Below, piece after piece: positions 7,210 to 11,940 of a stretch of DNA of 11,940 nt. The translations under genes and the position numbers were made by a program. The notes below the pieces were generated by a model that saw only the letters and a program-made list of their open reading frames with translations, ran no database searches and was not told the DNA's origin. Source of the stretch: Candidatus Heimdallarchaeota archaeon (GTDB lineage: Archaea > Asgardarchaeota > Heimdallarchaeia > JABLTI01); assembly GCA_030614005.1 (NCBI GenBank), contig JAUWKS010000088.1:1-11940 (forward strand), given 5' to 3'. Each line of letters starts with the position of its first letter. The stretch's first letter is position 1.

Positions 7210-7713
7210 ATGATCGATTCAGCAGCATTTATCTCGTTTTTAGAGAAGAATTTTCAATTTATCTGTGGAGTACCTTGTACGTATTTTAAGAAAATGTTAA
7301 TTTTTCTCGCAGAACACAAGTCAGAATTACAACTTCAGCATATTTTAGCTACTCGAGAGGATGAAGCGATGGGAATAGCTTCTGGAGTAGTTTTTTCAGG
7401 AAAACAAGCAATTGTTTACATGCAGAATAGCGGATTAGGAAATGTTGGTGATGCATTAACATCTCTTGCTCAATTGTACAAATTGCCAATGGTACTACTG
7501 ATTAGCTATCGTGGTTTAGAATCAGACCGATCTTTTCCAGAGCACGATATTATGGGTGAAGTAAATGAAGCTGTTCTAAAAGCTTTCAATGTCCCATATT
7601 GGATTCTATCTGAAAGTGGTTGGGAATCCGAAATGAATCTTGCTTTGAAAGAGATGAAGAATAGCTCTTCTCCTGTAGCATTACTAGTAAAAGATGGAGT
7701 GTTAAGTGAATGA
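7210..7713 (+). CDS. comD: TPP-dependent sulfopyruvate/phosphonopyruvate decarboxylase, alpha subunit
   Basis: GVPC, TREDEAMGIASG, YMQNSGLGN and LLISYRG motifs of the ComD/Ppd N-terminal domain. Substrate specificity is not resolved. Confidence 0.8.
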   Translation: MIDSAAFISFLEKNFQFICGVPCTYFKKMLIFLAEHKSELQLQHILATREDEAMGIASGVVFSGKQAIVYMQNSGLGNVGDALTSLAQLYKLPMVLLISYRGLESDRSFPEHDIMGEVNEAVLKAFNVPYWILSESGWESEMNLALKEMKNSSSPVALLVKDGVLSE

Positions 7714-8276
7714 AAGGATTTGAAGTAATAACAGCAATGAAAGATTATATTTCAGAGAAAGATATCATTATTAGTTCAAACGGCAATATTAGCAGAGAAG
7801 TCTATCACCATTTACCTCAACCTCAAGTTTATCTTCGAGGTTCTATGGGTTTACCAGTTGCAGTAGGTCTTGGACTGGCTTTAGCAAATCCTAATAATAG
7901 AGTGATTGTAGTTACTGGAGATGGTAATTTCTTAATGGGGATGGGTTCATCTGTAACAGCATCTTTTTACAAACCAAAAAATCTTAAAATATTGATACTT
8001 GATAATAAGAGCTATTTCACTACGGGAGGACAGCAAACAGTATCTCCAGCATTAAATTATTCGAAATTTATCGATTCACTAAATGCTGAATATAAAAATT
8101 CTAAAGAAGCATCAAAAGATCAAATAAAAGAAGATTTATCACGATTTCTAAATTCAAACACTTTTGCTATGCTACATTTGATTATTGAGGCTTCCAAGGA
8201 AAATCTTGAAAATATTCCCTGGCATCCAGAAAATATAACTAAAGAATTTACCGGAAAAATTTCTAAATTGAGCTGA
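7710..8276 (+). CDS. comE: TPP-dependent sulfopyruvate/phosphonopyruvate decarboxylase, beta subunit
   Basis: NGNISRE, GSMG, TPP-binding GDG...DN and TTGGQQT motifs. ATGA overlap with the alpha subunit suggests translational coupling. Confidence 0.8.
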   Translation: MKGFEVITAMKDYISEKDIIISSNGNISREVYHHLPQPQVYLRGSMGLPVAVGLGLALANPNNRVIVVTGDGNFLMGMGSSVTASFYKPKNLKILILDNKSYFTTGGQQTVSPALNYSKFIDSLNAEYKNSKEASKDQIKEDLSRFLNSNTFAMLHLIIEASKENLENIPWHPENITKEFTGKISKLS

Positions 8277-8360
8277 GTTTTTTAGAAATAAAATATCTAA
8301 AAGGGATAATATGTTTTCATAACAAACATCCTTATTAAGATAAATTTCATATCAATTAAT

Positions 8361-8987
8361 ATGAAACGCAAAACACGAATTATCTTGCTAGTACTTATTG
8401 CCATAACTTTAGTAGGCAGCGGAATAGGTGGTTTTGCTTTGTGGAATTTTTGGCCCGCTACATGGTCCTCCGAACCACCCGTTTTAGACTTTCCAGTTGA
8501 AAACACAGATGTAATACATATTATGGCGGGATATGGAAATATTGGACTAGGATTTTTTCACAATGGTATTGATTTTGGTTGTAATGATTCTGTAAATATT
8601 ATAGCCCCTTGTGATTTACGTGTTATAGGCATCAAAACTTGGCTCTATGCTACAGACCCAGACAGGTGGCAAACAAGTGTTCGAATGAGAACCAACATAG
8701 GTTATTTGTTAGAAATTGCTTTTGAGTCATGGGCATTAAATGAATCATTTGCTGATCTACAAAGGAATGCTCTTAATATCAAAGTTGGCCAAAAAGTAGA
8801 TCAAGGTGAAGTTCTTGGTCAGCTACTTTATCATGGAGATGGCACGCATATTCATTTCATGATAAAAGTGAATGGAGAAGACGCCTGCCCGTATCAATTT
8901 TTCAGCGCATCTGCAAAAGGTATTTTTGATCCACTGTGGATTTTATATGGAACAACAAGTATCATTTGTAATGATACCTCAACCTAA
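8361..8987 (+). CDS. Membrane-anchored M23-family (lysostaphin/LytM-type) zinc metallopeptidase
   Basis: N-terminal basic then hydrophobic segment (aa 1-28). H67-N-G-I-D71, APCDLRV, IKVGQKVDQGEVLG and H163-I-H165-F motifs, and a C-terminal CPY (DP-like). Confidence 0.8.
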   Translation: MKRKTRIILLVLIAITLVGSGIGGFALWNFWPATWSSEPPVLDFPVENTDVIHIMAGYGNIGLGFFHNGIDFGCNDSVNIIAPCDLRVIGIKTWLYATDPDRWQTSVRMRTNIGYLLEIAFESWALNESFADLQRNALNIKVGQKVDQGEVLGQLLYHGDGTHIHFMIKVNGEDACPYQFFSASAKGIFDPLWILYGTTSIICNDTST

Positions 8988-9125
8988 AGAAATATCTAGC
9001 TTGGAGAACTTTTGTAAGAGCAATGCTATATATTTACTCTGATTCTTTACCGTAAAAAGAATAAGAAAATAAAAGTAGATTGAACTGATACGCGAACGTT
9101 AAATTAAATTTGTAAATAACATTGA

Positions 9126-9410
9126 GTGATAAAATTGAGTAACTCTGATATAACAGGTATTGTTTCCAAAAAATTGAACCGCTATTTATTAACTGCTGCT
9201 GATGGCTCAGAATATCAACTTTTAGCTATTAATAAATGGGAAACACTTCCAAAAGAGTTGTACACTGAAAAGTTTGGCAAATTTGTAGGCGAAAAAGTAA
9301 AAGTATCTGGAAGGATTATCGAGAATATTATCTGGAATGCTTTAATCCGTTATTCCAATGAGAATGACAACAGTCCACCAAAAATAGATGATTTGAAGAT
9401 TACTGAATAA
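9126..9410 (+). CDS. Small hypothetical protein, possibly OB-fold-like
   Basis: 94-aa ORF with GTG start filling the intergenic space. It is beta-rich (ITGIV, YLLT..G..YQL, FVGEKVKVSG). The function call is weak. Confidence 0.55.
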   Translation: MIKLSNSDITGIVSKKLNRYLLTAADGSEYQLLAINKWETLPKELYTEKFGKFVGEKVKVSGRIIENIIWNALIRYSNENDNSPPKIDDLKITE

Positions 9411-9527
9411 TTTCAAATCTATTTGAGACTTGAAAAAAAAATTATTTTGATTGATAATAAATTTGAAATTAATATCAATTTTAAATAGTCAAAGATGGGT
9501 TTTTTCTTTTTAATAATTTCTTGTCAT

Positions 9528-10715
9528 TTAGGCAAGATCGATGATAGTTGCAAGAGTTGCTTGAACGACTTTAGTCATAAATTCAAAATCTAAATAATCG
9601 CTAATATCCGCACTTGTATGATAATATGGATAGCGGAATTCGAAAGTATCTGTAATTGAAATTGCAGGAATGTTTTCTTTCCAGAAAGGAGAATGGTCAG
9701 ATCGCAATAGATCAATTATTTGTTGAGATATTTCCTCATAATTTAACGGAACTTCCAAACTATGAAAAGGCAAGTCGATAGCTTTTGTTTTACATTGTGC
9801 ACAAAAAGCCTGAGCAATTGATTTGGAATGCTTGTCAGCAAAAACACCTATGAAGTTGCCCACCCTGTTTTCTATATCTACTTTGTATGCCGGATATCTT
9901 TCCGGATCTATCCCTGCAGGATATTGTTGAGAATGCTTCTTTTCAGAAGAATAACCAATCTCTTCTAAATTAAATACACCCAAAATATTCTGCTTATTGT
10001 GTTTATTCTTTTTCAACCACATAGAACTTCCAATGCATATTGATTCTCCAACCCAATTTGTTCTTGTCACATTCTCATAGAGTTTTTGTAAAGAATCAAT
10101 ATACTGCCTCTCTTTCTCTGTTAGCTGTTTGGCGATGTTCCCTATAGCTAATTGCCATGATTCTTTTACCGTTTTTCCTTGAACTAAATATTCTTCTCTT
10201 AAAACATCTAATATTTCAAGTAGTTTTATTGAATGATAAGTTGAAAAACGAAGCTCATCATCTACTAGACCAGATTCTTCCATTAACTCTCGTATTTTCC
10301 TCTCCTGTTGAGGATGGCCCTCTTCTAAAGTAAAACCTATGAAACGAACATTTGTTTCGATGTCTGCGTTTGCTAACACTCGAGCGATTTCCAACATGCC
10401 AGCAATGCCTGAACCATTATCGTTTGCTCCTGGCGAAACACTAACTGTATCATAATGAGCCGTCACAAGTATCTCCTTGTCTGATCCTTTATCCACTAAC
10501 CCCTCGATATTTCTAAATTTCTGATCAAAACCTTCTATCTCAAATATATGCTCAGTAACTTTTAACCCATACGCTTCAAATTCATATATCAGATAATCTG
10601 CTACTGCATCCAACAAATCAGGATTATCAATTGGGTGTCTAACTCCCTCAATATTGAGTATATGTTGATATAATCTTTCAACATCAATCTGTTCGATTAA
10701 TTTTGTTTTATTCAA
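9528..10715 (-). CDS. M28-family zinc metallopeptidase (YfbL-like) with a large helical insertion
   Basis: TAHYD (H87), GANDNGSG (D99), FTLEE (E131-E132), NLEEIGY (E251), RSDHSPFW, ITDT and YYHTSAD. TTG start with GAGG upstream. No signal peptide. Confidence 0.9.
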   Translation of the reverse strand: MNKTKLIEQIDVERLYQHILNIEGVRHPIDNPDLLDAVADYLIYEFEAYGLKVTEHIFEIEGFDQKFRNIEGLVDKGSDKEILVTAHYDTVSVSPGANDNGSGIAGMLEIARVLANADIETNVRFIGFTLEEGHPQQERKIRELMEESGLVDDELRFSTYHSIKLLEILDVLREEYLVQGKTVKESWQLAIGNIAKQLTEKERQYIDSLQKLYENVTRTNWVGESICIGSSMWLKKNKHNKQNILGVFNLEEIGYSSEKKHSQQYPAGIDPERYPAYKVDIENRVGNFIGVFADKHSKSIAQAFCAQCKTKAIDLPFHSLEVPLNYEEISQQIIDLLRSDHSPFWKENIPAISITDTFEFRYPYYHTSADISDYLDFEFMTKVVQATLATIIDLA

Positions 10716-10725
10716 ATTAACTTGT

Positions 10726-10869
10726 CCTCAATGAGGTATTTAGTGCTTTTTTTTATAACTGTAAGTATATCATTGAGGTATTAGTGTCGTATATTTTTAC
10801 ACAAACTTTAAATAGAATCCGAATATCCTCTCATTGGAGATTTTTCTCCATTCAGATTCCTGAAACAGG
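10726..10869. promoter_or_regulatory. Divergent promoter region with candidate operator repeats
   Basis: TATA-like TTATAAAA on the minus strand (10751-10758) and TTTAAATA on the plus strand (10807-10814). Direct repeat TGAGGTATT(T)AGTG at 10732-10745 and 10774-10786. Palindromes CCTCA-A-TGAGG (10726-10736) and TGGAGA-N4-TCTCCA (10835-10850). Confidence 0.4.
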
Positions 10870-10878
10870 TGATTAAAT

Positions 10879-11940
10879 TTGAAATCAACCAAATTCATGA
10901 AAAGTTTATTTTTTATTGCGATATTTGTAATGGGATTAGCAATCACTGCTACATCTATTAATGCTAATGTTGCAATTGAGGAAAAAGCAGTACCAATATT
11001 AACTCGAACACCATTAGAATTTACAGGTTCAGTTAACCAAGGTTCTGACAGCACTCAACACTCATTTACAGTTGCATCAACTGCAACAAAAATCGAAGTT
11101 GAGTTATCATTCAGCAGCTCATATGATTTTGACTTGAGTTTATGGGATAATACCAATCGAAGAACTGGTGGGTGGACCGATGCAGATCATTCTCTAAAGA
11201 GTGATATACCAAATGACTCCTATTCTGGTTATTCTGCAAATCCGGAAACTATTACTATTGACCCCCCCGCAACCTCTGGCACATGGAAAGTGGGATGTTA
11301 TGCTTATCGTGGAACAGGAAGCTATACAATTACTGTAACAATAACTGATACTGTTCCTGACACAACTAATCCTACCGTAAGTGTAACTGCTCCCGCAAAC
11401 GGTGCAACTGTTAGCGGAACAGTAACTATTTCTGCTACTGCTTCTGATAATATAGGTGTAACCAAAGTTTCCTGTAATATAAATGGTGGAACTTGGACAG
11501 ATGATTCGTCTTCACCTTACTCTTGGACGTGGGATACCACTAGCTATACCGATGGAAGCACTCATACCATCACTTGCCGTGCTTATGATGCTGCAGGCAA
11601 TTATGCAGACGATTCAGTCAGTGTAACCGTCGACAATAGTGGTCCTGGAGATAATGAATTAACTTCCGGTATTGCAGTCACCGGCACTTTAAGTAGTGTT
11701 GGTCAAACGGAAATGTGGTACATTGACGTCGCAGCAAACGCAGAAAAAATGGAATCAATATTAACTTGCGGAAGTTCTGATTTCGATCTCTATGGCAGAT
11801 TAAATACTGAACCAACCACCAGTACGTACGATTGGAGAGGATACACCTATGGTGGTGAAGAAGTTACTCACAATACTCCTGGCGCAGGTCGCTGGTATAT
11901 TATGGTCCGAGATTACAGCGGAAGTGGTAATTATGAATTA
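10879..11940 (+). CDS. Secreted multidomain protein (partial): signal peptide + PPC domain + bacterial Ig-like domain + PPC domain; continues beyond the window
   Basis: Hand translation gives 354 open codons from TTG 10879 (Shine-Dalgarno AGGTGA at 10867-10872; alternative ATG 10897). Signal peptide MKSTKFMKSLFFIAIFVMGLAITATSINA. PPC-like YDFDLSLW..GTWKVGCYAYRGTGSYTITV. Ig-like DTTNPTVSVTAPANGATVSG..WDTT..AYDAAGN. A second PPC-like unit SDFDLYGR..GRWYIMVRDYSGSGNYEL. Confidence 0.9.
   Translation, partial: MKSTKFMKSLFFIAIFVMGLAITATSINANVAIEEKAVPILTRTPLEFTGSVNQGSDSTQHSFTVASTATKIEVELSFSSSYDFDLSLWDNTNRRTGGWTDADHSLKSDIPNDSYSGYSANPETITIDPPATSGTWKVGCYAYRGTGSYTITVTITDTVPDTTNPTVSVTAPANGATVSGTVTISATASDNIGVTKVSCNINGGTWTDDSSSPYSWTWDTTSYTDGSTHTITCRAYDAAGNYADDSVSVTVDNSGPGDNELTSGIAVTGTLSSVGQTEMWYIDVAANAEKMESILTCGSSDFDLYGRLNTEPTTSTYDWRGYTYGGEEVTHNTPGAGRWYIMVRDYSGSGNYEL

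Noticed and set aside
8297-8506. 69-aa minus-strand ORF
   Set aside because: It is a shadow of the M23 gene's 5' end.
10797-11054. 85-aa minus-strand ORF
   Set aside because: It is antisense to the much longer secreted-protein frame starting at 10879.
4860-11940. Integrated element bounded by a direct repeat of the tRNA 3' end (attL/attR)
   Set aside because: By eye I found no downstream copy of CACCCCTTCGACACCA and no integrase. It could still lie outside the window.
1-11940. CRISPR array or long tandem repeats
   Set aside because: No regularly spaced repeats were seen.

Overview
AT-rich archaeal chromosomal window. The gene content and protein style suggest an Asgard (Heimdallarchaeia-like) genome, but this is inference. 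In order: a putative longin/uDENN-like + winged-helix protein apparently co-transcribed with a MinD/ParA ATPase; a DUF460/COG2433 RNase H-fold coiled-coil protein; an Sm/Lsm protein; a tRNA-Phe(GAA) absent from the ORF track, split by two non-canonical bulge-helix-bulge introns (D-loop and T-arm); a low-GC, probably 5'-truncated tandem PD-(D/E)xK nuclease right after the tRNA; a Zn-ribbon + LURP/scramblase/tubby-like protein; msrB; a comDE-like TPP decarboxylase pair; a membrane-anchored M23 metallopeptidase; a small hypothetical; an M28 peptidase with a ~90-aa insertion; and a secreted PPC-Ig-PPC protein that runs off the right edge (also absent from the ORF track). No CRISPR array, transposase or integrase was seen. 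Domain calls come from motif reading by eye, not database searches.
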